Below are positions 32,701-39,757 of a stretch of 64,000 nucleotides of DNA, in pieces. Source of the stretch: Nitrosopumilus sp. (lineage in GTDB: Archaea > Thermoproteota > Nitrososphaeria > Nitrososphaerales > Nitrosopumilaceae); contig OZ245003.1 in NCBI GenBank assembly GCA_965223425.1, positions 512,001-576,000 of the forward strand. Direction: 5' to 3'. Positions within the stretch are counted from its first letter, which is position 1. Every line of letters starts with the position of its first letter. The position numbers were made by a program, and so were the translations under genes. The notes beneath the pieces were generated by a model. It did no database searches. It worked only from the letters and a program-made list of their open reading frames with translations, and was not told where the DNA came from.

Positions 32701-35494
32701 AGATCCGATCAACTTTGAAATCGAGGAAATCATAACCGTGGCTACTGCACCGCCGGACGGCAACGTCCCCCCAACTGCGAGAATCAGCGCGCCTGCCACC
32801 GCAGACGAGGGAGCAACAGTAACCCTTGACGGGACCGGCTCGACAGACACTGACGGCACCATATCATCATACGCGTGGACCACCGACGATGCGTCCATCG
32901 CAATAACTGATGCTGACCGGCCAACTGCATCATTTACGGCGCCCCAGGTCACAGAAGACACTCCTCTGCTCATCACGCTGCGTGTAACTGACAACCAAGG
33001 CGCTCCAGGCTCTGCACAGTATACCCTGATCATAACTGACAGCGAGTCTCCTGTAGTACCTGACACCACGCCTCCAACATTTACGGTAGACGGCCACACA
33101 GGCGACTTTGAGACGTCCCTAACAGAAGGCCAGACCTACAGGAACGGCAAGATAGATAACATCAACGAGACTGGCAGCCATCCGACCAGCACGGAGATAA
33201 GGTACTACAGCGGCACCGGCGATGTCATCACCACCACTGACGAAAACGAGATCAACTCCATTAACAATACCAGGCCTGCCATCGGAGGCTACACCATACA
33301 GTACCGCGTCTCTGACTCGGCCGTTTCACCAAACACCCACACAATCACAGAGACACTCACCGTGCGCGCACCTGACACGGTAACCATAGGGGCAATCGTC
33401 TCGACTACCGGCTCCATCTCGTCACTTGGCATACCTGCAAATGACGCCATACACCTGGCAGTAAACGACTTTAACGACAGATACCTTGCGCCAAAGGAGG
33501 CCGCATGGAGGCTTGCAGTGTCTGGGTATGATGACGGGTCTACTTCTGAGGGCGCAATTGCAGCACTGGAACTGCTTGCAGGCAGCAACATAACCTCCAT
33601 TGTGGGGCCCCTCACAAGCGATGCGCTGTCTGCAGTAAAGGGCCACGCCCTGTTTGATGAGCCGCCAAGGCTTGCCATAAGCTACGCATCCACTGCGCCT
33701 GCGGAGGATCTCAAGCAGAAGGACGACCGCGTCTTTAGGACAGTCCCTGATGATTCCAACACAGTCAGTGTATACGTCAGCCTCTTTGAGGCAGACTCCA
33801 TCGATTACGTGATTCCGGTGTTCCGCAACGACGCGTGGGGGATAGCACTGAACCGGACCCTTGCAGATGAAATTGATGATCATAACAATAACAACAACAA
33901 CAACAACGAAATAACCGTACACGGCGGAATACTGTACGACCCTGACACCGTGTCACTTTCTGCCAACACAACGCTTGCCTTGCTGAATGACACGCTAAGC
34001 CATGATTCCGTCAGTGAAAAGGCCCCCGCAGTGGTGGTGTTCGGATTTAGCGAGACCCTTGACATACTCGACGAGGCTGCAGCCACTGCAAACCTGCCTG
34101 CAGCAAAGTGGTACGGCAGCGACGCCGTGGCGCCATCAAAGCTGCTTGAGGGCAACACCCCACAAGACGAGAATCGCAGGGCATTCCTTGAGCGCACCGA
34201 CTATAACGTGCTCACCCTTGCAATAGACCAAAACGAGGCAAACAAGAGGATAGACAGCTCTGTGGACAACGCTGACGTATACTCTTATGCGGCATACGAC
34301 GCAGTATACATACTCGGCACTGCCATACACCTCAACGGCGGCCCTGCAGGCAATATGGTCAACGAGGGCCTGATTGGCAACATCACGCAGGTAGCAGACA
34401 ACGCAAACGGGCACTACACAGACCCTGCCATGGGCAACACCGAGCTCAACGAGTACGGCGACCTGAAGCAGGCTGATTACTTTGTCCTCTCCCTTGATCC
34501 TGGCAACGACAGAACCCCCGCATCCTTTGAGCCAGAATTCCGGTATGATCACTCATCAGGCACCCTTGGGAGCCTTGTCTCCTCTGGCGGCGGTGGCAGC
34601 AGCGGAGACGTCTCTGCCCCCTCAATCCGCACGGGCTTTGATGCAAACCAGTACCCCCTGGTATACGACGGGGTAAAGTACGGCCCTGACACGATTGACT
34701 CTCCCCACACTGCCACGATACGCGCAGGCAGCGGCGAGAGGCTTTTCAGCACCCTCACAGTATACGAGGACGGCGGGGCGCAAAACGTGCGGCACGTCGA
34801 CATGTTTGTCGCACACGACGGCAGGACAATACACAACGACGGCACGGAAACCCACGTGACCTACGATTCGGGCAACGTCCGGATAACTGATCCGCACGGC
34901 CTTATTGCCAGCGCCACTGTGGATGCGTCTGCCATTGATGCCACAAAGGCGCAGTTTGAGTTTGCCATAACCTTTGCCAAGAAGGTCCCGCTCTCTGACG
35001 TGCTGTACCGCCTGTGGGACACCGGCAGAAACGCGCTTTACATCCACCTTGAGGACGCCCTTGTGGTGTCTGAGGGAAGGAAAGGCGGCAGCAGCAGTGG
35101 CGGCGGAGGCGGTGGTGGCAGCGGAGGCGGTAGCAGCAGCAGCAGCAGTACCGCCACCCCAGCCACCGGCAGCGGCAACGGCACAACAACAACCGCTACT
35201 GGCAACGGCACCGCAGCTGACACTGCAGACAAGCAGCAGCAACAACAACCCCGACAGGGCTTTACCGCAGAACAGCTTGACACCCTAAAGCAGTGGGGCG
35301 GATTTGCGTCCCAGTCCGCATCTGACTCGCAGCTTTTAGCCCAGTTCGGAATAGAGGGCACCAGCATCCCCCCATACTTTAAGCAGACAGCAAAGTGGTT
35401 CCTCGATGCAGATGACGGCGATGGCGGCCTGACTGCGCAGGAGTTTGTCGCAGCGCTGTCGTACCTTGGGCAGCGCGGGCTGCTGCTAAACTAG
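23759..35494 (+). CDS. Giant (3911 aa) secreted or surface protein: signal peptide, two LVIVD-like beta-propeller blocks, FSNDG propeller, PKD/Ig/DUF5011-like modules, type-1 periplasmic-binding-protein domain, thaumarchaeal C-terminal domain
   Basis: 11.7-kb uninterrupted ORF; hydrophobic N-terminus ending LADA; recognisable repeat motifs; C-terminal IPPYFKQTAKWF..EFVAALSYL; GC clearly higher than the flanks. Start codon (TTG) uncertain. Confidence 0.9.
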   Translation: MRRLIKPPLLATTTTTAAAIAALVLLIPLCIPLADAAIDSPVPVASFDDGDTVTVGMTNKTFDELDQAHDITTVRIGTGTYALVVSLTDSGVQIIDITDPASPVPTASFEDGDTVEVGGTNKTFDKLFNGRDITTVRIGSSTYALVAATLDHGVQIIDITDPANPVPTASFEDGDTVEVGMTNKTFDELRQPYGITTVRIGSSTYALVAANLDDGVQIIDITDPASPVPTASFEDGDTVEVGGTNKTFDELDGARGITTVRIGSSTYALVAAYFDDGVQIIDITDPASPVPTASFEDGDTVEVGGTNKTFDELGKAFGITTVRIGSSTYALVAAYVDDGVQIIDITDPASPVPTASFEDGDTVEVGGTNKTFDELDGAFGITTVRIGSSTYALVAAYFDDGVQIIDITDPASPVPTASFEDGDTVQVGGTNKTFDELDGAQGITVVDIGASTYVLVASYVDDGVQIIDITNPAIDPPRFVSAELDELTGVLSVTFDKTIDASSVDATMFHIREPESITGGVTLSAPELDTAAIATTDGTALSFTLTGPNRDAVIALDDPQLEIGEGAVADVNGTKITAAFDIRTARFAESFALGATDKGTRDISFSNDGLRMLLAGPNRNSNVHQYVLPAAFDVSGANLTNDVTLSDAPSINGITFSNDGLRMFTVNTLIDAVYQYALPTAFDVSGASFAQSLNIQSPRTHPTDVAFSNDGHRMFLVGIFEYKIDRYDLPTAFNVTGAEHVGVFSLERRIDGNQYGLTFSNDGHRMFVMFGQDNSNTFYAYKSVHQYDLPTAFDTTGASLVGTFDVSPQSTTQTGIAFSNDGLGMFSTDTSTSTVYRYDLRLLYDINRQPVAEAGPNQHVQERDTVTLDGTNSADPDDGDTTTLTYSWSQTSGSPAVSLENANTTSPTFTAPQTGSTAALEFTLTASDDSLSNGTDTVTVTVYDDQTVFARSATYYENHGLLGITFNRDIDRLPGILFDLFFIRESGSNFGGSDLASSEWLQNTAARSTMIFMLDPSTDDAVRALTFPEIDIEAFAVSGTNGIRFLYDQVELPVVKSGAFLPRVTTAVASAQSEITVRFLSNVDTDITNGTGWSVGASVDVGLEENLAVESNSDPGGTTDAMTLALNGSLPTGFRSGAIFLDYQRPSDDGTGIFNGTEYLGSTNRILLTDGIPPVIVNASAASPTATSITLTFSERITGKSDAESFSLSRTAGSATTTPVPAVVSQVEAGSSPTITLNLNGTIGNNDLVIGYNRDLGGDSSMADIAGNPVASFADIPVATPPADPVLPTPPEDDSYAIDSPVPVASITDGQTHSNGKTFDELNGVYDIATVKIDTSTYALVVASTFGADNGVQIIDITDPANPAPVASFDKGDTVTVGNATKTFDELLGARAITTVKIDTSTYALVAAFTDNGVQIINVTNPDLPAPVASFDDGDIVTVNGTTKTFDTLRGTRTITTVDIDSSTYALVAASNDDGVQIVDITDPAKPVPTASFDDGDTVTVGDTEKTFDELNGARAITTVDIDSSTYALVASFNDDGVQIVDITDPTKPVPTASFDDGDTVEVGGTTKTFDELDQANGITTVKIDSSTYALVASLDDDGVQIVDITDPAKPVPTASFDDGDTVTVGNANRTFDELDGARAITTVDIGSSTYALVASFNDDGVQIVDITDPSNPFPTASFDDGDTVTVNGTTRTFDELDGARAITTVDIGSSTYALVASLTDNGVQIVGISSRSITNQPTVAPTLVSVERHDPATQNTNDTTPTFRATFSKAVTNVDAPDFVIIGDATATVSAVTPVSDTVYHVEVNVTADGIVNLGIAAGHNIQDAAGNSLFGTEPTDTDEPYTIDTVPPTLASVTRHSPAEEDTSRVYPAFRVTFSEEVNNVDESDFDTTGSATVDGLEVLLNFALGNIPVYDIFATVTADGTINLDINTENDIKDAAGNALSGTAPTGADESYTIDTAPPTLVSVARHDPLTENTNDTTPTFGVTFSEAVNNVDQSDFDTSGNATSTVFTVTKASDTVYHVGVTVTANGTVGLELALTEDIHDAARNPLLVALTVDESYNVLLTQAENRQPTITLTGDNPATAERYVTYTDAGAACADPDGDDITLTSSSNVDTDTVSLPASPYRYTYSCTDEHGLAATNKTRLVSVEDTVKPVITLVGPASVSLTVGDTYTEEGATCTDSGRLLGAASIGGATVDTAVVNEYDVVYACSDGYNNAIPVTRTVTVTEPTITPPPPDVNVPPSASISAPPRAAEGTQVYLDGSGSTDTDGTIQSYNWTASNPAVTITGSNLPTASFIAPQVTENTPLLITLKVTDNQGATGSAQHTMTIINISPPPDDSAAPTFTARTGPATNQITVTFSKAVNSTADSHAAWGVAGSTVTAVTGLDGTGSTAVITLQSPVQPPDATPAVTYNADAGADISDAAGNALATATVTATAGHPAGLHIHLIGDAFLYHPYGEPYTDKGALCHDADGNDITDTGDYETLPYLNQTQTINEKLHEGPETPLNFTHPTQNLYRPFDPQEVTYKCATSPLEFVEESRQVALRDETPPEIRLNGSRNVDLEIGKTFNDTATCTDAPLKYQTELVGGLFYLTFLNSSLPDGYQDATGEHTITYTCSDSKGNDAEDTSRTLHVGTPDNTPPVLAVNPDVVTTLANGTHIVRQDVGFAAAGDGGLQSAVSCTDNRDDTPAITLDPATVDTSSAGTHTITYSCTDAAGKQADTVTVTWDFGPAAPVLAVTPADTAVTLAINASYSIPAASCTDHKDGDITNTGILTAISSGGQPVDTIDTSSAGTYDITYSCSDSTGNTVEHNVTVTIRAAEVDNTPPHIVLKTPPLTLFVPAGAAFADADPGALCIDGQDGTTENTITVDVTALDTAVLGNHTVTYSCTDSGGLPSNTISRTVSVYGFTVNGNTTDFATDITTSDKYEPYAILDITNIKNASPSTKYYDTDGQDTAPFNGTTLQAGTWSVTYTVSGHDDVSDPINFEIEEIITVATAPPDGNVPPTARISAPATADEGATVTLDGTGSTDTDGTISSYAWTTDDASIAITDADRPTASFTAPQVTEDTPLLITLRVTDNQGAPGSAQYTLIITDSESPVVPDTTPPTFTVDGHTGDFETSLTEGQTYRNGKIDNINETGSHPTSTEIRYYSGTGDVITTTDENEINSINNTRPAIGGYTIQYRVSDSAVSPNTHTITETLTVRAPDTVTIGAIVSTTGSISSLGIPANDAIHLAVNDFNDRYLAPKEAAWRLAVSGYDDGSTSEGAIAALELLAGSNITSIVGPLTSDALSAVKGHALFDEPPRLAISYASTAPAEDLKQKDDRVFRTVPDDSNTVSVYVSLFEADSIDYVIPVFRNDAWGIALNRTLADEIDDHNNNNNNNNEITVHGGILYDPDTVSLSANTTLALLNDTLSHDSVSEKAPAVVVFGFSETLDILDEAAATANLPAAKWYGSDAVAPSKLLEGNTPQDENRRAFLERTDYNVLTLAIDQNEANKRIDSSVDNADVYSYAAYDAVYILGTAIHLNGGPAGNMVNEGLIGNITQVADNANGHYTDPAMGNTELNEYGDLKQADYFVLSLDPGNDRTPASFEPEFRYDHSSGTLGSLVSSGGGGSSGDVSAPSIRTGFDANQYPLVYDGVKYGPDTIDSPHTATIRAGSGERLFSTLTVYEDGGAQNVRHVDMFVAHDGRTIHNDGTETHVTYDSGNVRITDPHGLIASATVDASAIDATKAQFEFAITFAKKVPLSDVLYRLWDTGRNALYIHLEDALVVSEGRKGGSSSGGGGGGGSGGGSSSSSSTATPATGSGNGTTTTATGNGTAADTADKQQQQQPRQGFTAEQLDTLKQWGGFASQSASDSQLLAQFGIEGTSIPPYFKQTAKWFLDADDGDGGLTAQEFVAALSYLGQRGLLLN
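23866..25180 (+). repeat. Seven tandem 186-bp (62-aa) LVIVD-like repeats, block 1
   Basis: GTCCAGATAATAGACATTAC recurs at 24032, 24218, 24404 and onward with period 186. Confidence 0.95.
27646..28945 (+). repeat. Seven tandem ~186-bp LVIVD-like repeats, block 2
   Basis: Same unit YALVA..DDGVQI.DITDP..P; opens with the same AIDSPVPVAS as block 1. Confidence 0.93.
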
Positions 35495-35720
35495 GGACGC
35501 CAAAAGGCACCACCTGCCAGTCAAAGACAGATGCCCGCCGCAGATCATCAGGAACGCGGCCAGGATCCGCATTTGTCTGACACACAAGGTTTTATCAAAC
35601 CCCTGTGCAGTCCCCAGTTGAGCCTGCAACCGGATTGCGGCACATCATCATCATCATCCCATATGCGTTGTTTTCCCTGGCCGTTCCAAACAGCAATATT
35701 CTTTTCAAGATATTTGGCTG

Positions 35721-35851
35721 CAGTATTCTAGATGCTTTGCAGGCTGCCAAGAGGGGAGACTCTCCACTGCAGAATCACACACGCCCAGAATCTGCAGGAT
35801 CGAATTACTAGTTACAGTTCAGAGGAGAACCTGGTACTTTTGTGAAGGCTT
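35721..35851 (-). mobile_element. MITE family B, right copy (inverted, diverged)
   Basis: Reverse complement aligns along 23386-23522, mostly with transition differences. Confidence 0.75.
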
Positions 35852-35855
35852 TCTC

Positions 35856-35957
35856 CAGCTAAGTGAAATGAAATGTGCCCTAACTAAGGAAACCACTCTC
35901 ATGTGCAGAACCAACCGCTGATCTGATCTCAGATTTGAGGCACATTTCGCTTAGCTG
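35856..35957 (+). mobile_element. MITE family A, right copy (102 bp)
   Basis: CAGCTAAGTGAAATG...CATTTCGCTTAGCTG; shares TAAGGAAACCACTCTCATGTGCAGAACCAA..CCGCTGATCTGATCTCAGATTTGAGGCA with the left copy. Confidence 0.88.
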
Positions 35958-35992
35958 TTTAAAATTAAATATTGATACGCCTGTCTTATAGC

Positions 35993-36490
35993 ATGCAAGT
36001 GATTCTAAGACAATTAGGTGACTGCAATATAAGACGTGCAGAACCAAGCGATCTGATTCCTGTTATGGAAATTAATTTGAAAACACTTCCTGAACACTAT
36101 TCTGATTATTTCTATGAAAGCTTGCTTGCAGAAATTCCTGAAGCATTCATCATTGCCGAAATTGGGGGAAGACATGTTGGCTATATCATGTGCAAGACTG
36201 AATATGGTTTTTCAAATTTTAAAAAACTGGGATTCGTCAAAAAAGGCCACGTTGTTTCCATTGCAGTTCTTGACGAGTATAGAAAAAAAGGAATCGGACG
36301 GGGATTAGTTGAAGAGTCTGTCAAGGGTGTAAAACTGAAAAACTGCGATGAATTCTATCTAGAGGTGCGATGCAGTAATAATGAGGCTGTGCGATTATAC
36401 GAAAAGCTTGGGTTTGTTATCAGACAGCAACTAAATACCTACTATCGGGATGGCGAAGATGCATATCTTATGGCAATTGAATTAGGTTAG
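35993..36490 (+). CDS. rimI: N-terminal acetyltransferase (Ard1/RimI)
   Basis: LPEHYSDYFY, GHVVSIAV..YRKKGIG, YYRDGEDAYLM. Confidence 0.92.
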   Translation: MQVILRQLGDCNIRRAEPSDLIPVMEINLKTLPEHYSDYFYESLLAEIPEAFIIAEIGGRHVGYIMCKTEYGFSNFKKLGFVKKGHVVSIAVLDEYRKKGIGRGLVEESVKGVKLKNCDEFYLEVRCSNNEAVRLYEKLGFVIRQQLNTYYRDGEDAYLMAIELG

Positions 36491-36528
36491 TTCAAACCAA
36501 TAAATAACTCACAAAAAAATTCCCTGCC

Positions 36529-36747
36529 ATGAACAAACGTAATGGAATGGGAATTACCATTTTCGTACTTTGTATAGGCGGGTTCTTTCTTTATGCATAC
36601 CTGCTGATGCTCTCTGAGTGGAGCCCTATCGTATTGCAGTTGTCAGTTTTGATGATTGCAGGGGGAATACTTGGAGTGATTGCATGGATTGGATATGTTA
36701 TGGCAACAACAAAACCATCGCCTGCATCAATCACATCTGATGATTAA
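36529..36747 (+). CDS. Small two-TM membrane protein
   Basis: Two hydrophobic helices; WIGYVMATTKP. Confidence 0.7.
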   Translation: MNKRNGMGITIFVLCIGGFFLYAYLLMLSEWSPIVLQLSVLMIAGGILGVIAWIGYVMATTKPSPASITSDD

Positions 36748-36748
36748 A

Positions 36749-37585
36749 TTATTTGGAAATCCTAGCATCTACTACTGTTTGATAATACCTGGGACCTACC
36801 GCTCTGACAATTTTTGAGCCAAGAATTTCTGATTTTACTGGTGTGACTTGTGTATAGTGTTCCTCTGAAAGTCTTCCCGCGTCGGATTTTTTATCAGCAT
36901 GAATGTGTGAATAATAGTGAATGGTTCCCCCATTTTTGGTTGCACTAATTGCATCTTCTAAAAACTCATCAGATCTTTCAGGCAGCAACATCAATGTTCT
37001 GTCTGATTTGCCAACTAGTTGCTCTTTGATAATTTTAGAGGCGTCACCATTTATTGAAATTATTTTTCCAGCAAGCTTGTTTAATTCAATATTTTTCTCA
37101 CATAGTTCTGACGCAATTGGATTGATGTCAATGCTATAAACAGTACATTTTTTCTTTTTTGCAGCCATTATGGAGAACATTCCGACTCCTGCAAACATGT
37201 TAGTCATTGTTTCCCCATCCTCAATCAAGTTTGCAATTCTTTCTCTTTCTGTGGATAGACGGGGTGAAAAGAATGCATTTTCTACATCCACTGCAAATTT
37301 ACAGCCAAATTCCTTGTATTCTGTTTCAGTATTGTCTTCCCCTGCAATAACCTCTAAATTTCGTGTACGAAAATCCCCCTCTACAGATGATGCCTGATAA
37401 AACACACTTCTGGCTATTTTTACCTCACTTAGCAAAGTTTCACCGATGATTTTTTTCTTTGATAAAAGCGAATCAGGAATTCTTACTATGATTATGTCTC
37501 CTATCTGATCAAATGCTGCGATTAGCTCATCACTCTCTTTTGATGTAAGCACGCTTTCCAGTGATTTTTTTAACATTCGAGTCAT
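36749..37585 (-). CDS. Trm5/Tyw2 (Met-10+) tRNA-modifying SAM-dependent transferase
   Basis: FDQIGDI, FFSPRLSTER, MFAGVG, DINP. Confidence 0.88.
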   Translation of the reverse strand: MTRMLKKSLESVLTSKESDELIAAFDQIGDIIIVRIPDSLLSKKKIIGETLLSEVKIARSVFYQASSVEGDFRTRNLEVIAGEDNTETEYKEFGCKFAVDVENAFFSPRLSTERERIANLIEDGETMTNMFAGVGMFSIMAAKKKKCTVYSIDINPIASELCEKNIELNKLAGKIISINGDASKIIKEQLVGKSDRTLMLLPERSDEFLEDAISATKNGGTIHYYSHIHADKKSDAGRLSEEHYTQVTPVKSEILGSKIVRAVGPRYYQTVVDARISK

Positions 37586-39369
37586 TTTTTGTAATAGAAA
37601 TTTCCAGATGATTTTTGGGTTTTGTCCAACCTGCTTTCTAGTTTGTTTATGCGAGGCCTAAGACTCTTCTCATCTCTTCTAAACGACACGTCAAGTGATT
37701 TTAGGAATCTATTCATGGCATCTGATTTTGGCATTGGAGATGTGGCCTGACCTGCTGCCCCTGACTCCCCTTCAAATATTACCATTGTATCAGAAATCAA
37801 GTCCATTAGCTGCAAATCGTGGTCAATCACTATCGCTGATTTTCCAAAAGAGCGGACAAATTTTTGTAAAAATTTTGCAACTGCAATTCTATCCTCCACG
37901 TCCAAAAATGCTGAGGGCTCATCTAGTGCATACAGATCTACTTTTTGCAACAGGCATGATGCGACTGCCACTTTTTGCAGTTCTCCTCCGGAAAGATTCT
38001 TGATAGATTTATTGTAGAGTTTTTTGATTTTTAACGGGTTTAGTATCTGTTCTTCTTCGAGACTTCCTTCAACTGGATTGCCATTTGCCTTATCTAATAC
38101 TGATACAACTTCAACGTCAATATCATTTTGAAGATATTGCGGTTTGTATGCTATCTTTATTTTTTTATCAATACTCCCAGTATCTGGTTTTTCAACACCG
38201 GCAATCATCTTCATCATGGTGGTCTTTCCAAGAGCATTTGCTCCCATTATTCCCAAAACTTCTCCTTTTCTTACTTGTCCAGGCTCAATTGCTACTGAAA
38301 ATGACGAATATTTTTTCTCCAGTTTTGGATATGTTACAACATCACTTCCTTCCTGGAACGTATCTGTAGGTGAGGACGAGACATCAAATGAAAATCTCTT
38401 ATCTCTAAATCTGACATTTTCAGTTGGCAGGTATCCATCAAGAAAAACATTGATTCCAACTTTGGTGGATAGAACACTTGAAACGATTCCATATGCGGCT
38501 GGTTCGCCATACAGCACTTCGATATAATCACTAAGAAAATCCAGCAATGTCAAATCATGCTCAACTACCATCACGCTCTTTCCAATTTTTGCTAGACCTT
38601 GTATTACACGGGCAACCCCTGTTCTTTGAAAAACATCATTGTATGATGATGGCTCGTCAAAAAAGTAAAATTCTGTATCCTTTGATGCAGCAGCAGCTAC
38701 TGCTATTCTTTGTAACTCCCCGCCACTTAGCTCCTTTAGGTTCTGCTCCATAGAATTTCCTAATCCCAATTCTTTGATCAGTTCTCTAGATACGCCTCTT
38801 TCATCGTATTTGTCAATGAGTTCTTTTCCTGTTCCCTCAAATGCTTGTGCAATATGATGCACTTGCTGTGGTTTTATTGATACACGAATTTGGTTTTGTT
38901 CAATTTTTTCAAAATGCTGTTTAAGCTCGGTTCCACTGTAATGTTTTAAAATCTCATCCCACTCTGGTGGGTTTTCATATATTCCGAGATTTGGTTTGAG
39001 GTTTCCTGATAGTATGTTCACAACAGTACTCTTTCCCATTCCGTTTCTTCCTAGCAGTCCAACAACCTCGCCTTTTTTTGGAGTGGGTAGCTTGTACAAT
39101 CGAAATGAATTGGGTCCGTATTGATGAATTTTGTCTGTGGCCAATTCACTAGCTAGATTTACAATTGTTATTGCATCAAAAGGACATACTTTGACACATA
39201 TTCCGCAACCATTACAGATGTCCTCATCGATCTGAGCTTTGTTTGTCTCTTCACTTAGAACGATACAGTCTGCCCCTGATTTGTTAACCGGGCAGTACTT
39301 TATGCACTCCAAACCACACTTTTTTGGCTGGCATAACTCCTTGTCTAGAACAGCAACCCTGTGTGTCAT
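37582..39369 (-). CDS. rli: Ribosome recycling ATPase ABCE1/RLI
   Basis: N-terminal 2x 4Fe-4S CQPKKC..CNGCGICVKVCP; two ABC domains with LSGGELQ. Confidence 0.96.
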   Translation of the reverse strand: MTHRVAVLDKELCQPKKCGLECIKYCPVNKSGADCIVLSEETNKAQIDEDICNGCGICVKVCPFDAITIVNLASELATDKIHQYGPNSFRLYKLPTPKKGEVVGLLGRNGMGKSTVVNILSGNLKPNLGIYENPPEWDEILKHYSGTELKQHFEKIEQNQIRVSIKPQQVHHIAQAFEGTGKELIDKYDERGVSRELIKELGLGNSMEQNLKELSGGELQRIAVAAAASKDTEFYFFDEPSSYNDVFQRTGVARVIQGLAKIGKSVMVVEHDLTLLDFLSDYIEVLYGEPAAYGIVSSVLSTKVGINVFLDGYLPTENVRFRDKRFSFDVSSSPTDTFQEGSDVVTYPKLEKKYSSFSVAIEPGQVRKGEVLGIMGANALGKTTMMKMIAGVEKPDTGSIDKKIKIAYKPQYLQNDIDVEVVSVLDKANGNPVEGSLEEEQILNPLKIKKLYNKSIKNLSGGELQKVAVASCLLQKVDLYALDEPSAFLDVEDRIAVAKFLQKFVRSFGKSAIVIDHDLQLMDLISDTMVIFEGESGAAGQATSPMPKSDAMNRFLKSLDVSFRRDEKSLRPRINKLESRLDKTQKSSGNFYYKK

Positions 39370-39462
39370 GTCGTAATTCGGTATTTTCTTTGCTTTATAC
39401 CTATTTTGAGCGTCTTGAAATGCGGCGTTACGTTAATAGATGAGAATCTGACACCAATTTTC

Positions 39463-39580
39463 AAGCCGGCCATAGCGTTAGGGTGCGACCCAATCCCTTT
39501 CCGAACTTGGAAGTCAAACCTGACGTCGCTGTTGTGCTACTAAGATGCGAGAGCCCTTGGGAAGCAACAGTGCTGGCATT
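39463..39580 (+). rRNA. rrf: 5S rRNA (stand-alone; ends approximate)
   Basis: GCCGGCCATAGCG..CCGAAC..GAAGTCAAACC; terminal helix GCCGGC/GCTGGC; about 118 nt. Confidence 0.9.
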
Positions 39581-39626
39581 TTCAATCAATCTTTTAATAT
39601 CTAATAAATTTGGTTGATGTAATCCG

Positions 39627-39755
39627 ATGCCTAGCTGTTCTGTTTGCGGTAAATTGTGCGATAATGATATTAGACTACTAAACCATATGATGGAAAAACA
39701 TGGTTGGAGAAATCCTAATGTTGGCAAGCCCGATAGAAATAGCCGAGGATACTGA
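39627..39755 (+). CDS. 42-aa C2H2 zinc-finger microprotein (absent from the ORF track)
   Basis: MPSCSVCGKLCDNDIRLLNHMMEKH = C-x2-C-x12-H-x4-H; fills the gap between 5S rRNA and pepA. Confidence 0.7.
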   Translation: MPSCSVCGKLCDNDIRLLNHMMEKHGWRNPNVGKPDRNSRGY

Positions 39756-39757
39756 TT

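Larger units (their letters stand above)
23292..35957. mobile_element. Non-autonomous composite transposon of 12,666 bp bounded by MITEs
   Basis: Perfect 15-bp terminal IR CAGCTAAGCGAAATG...CATTTCGCTTAGCTG; TTTAA duplicated at 23287-23291 and 35958-35962; no transposase inside. Confidence 0.88.

Noticed and set aside
33885-35250. AAC, GGC, AGC and CAG trinucleotide runs
   Set aside because: In-frame low-complexity linkers (poly-N, G/S, Q); length changes would not switch the frame.
24026-35367. Many long antisense ORFs inside the giant gene, including a repetitive Cys-rich 336-aa ORF
   Set aside because: Shadow frames caused by high GC, codon bias and the 186-bp repeat; the plus-strand ORF has coherent domains.
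39461-39727. 88-aa minus-strand ORF
   Set aside because: Antisense to the 5S rRNA and the zinc-finger microprotein.
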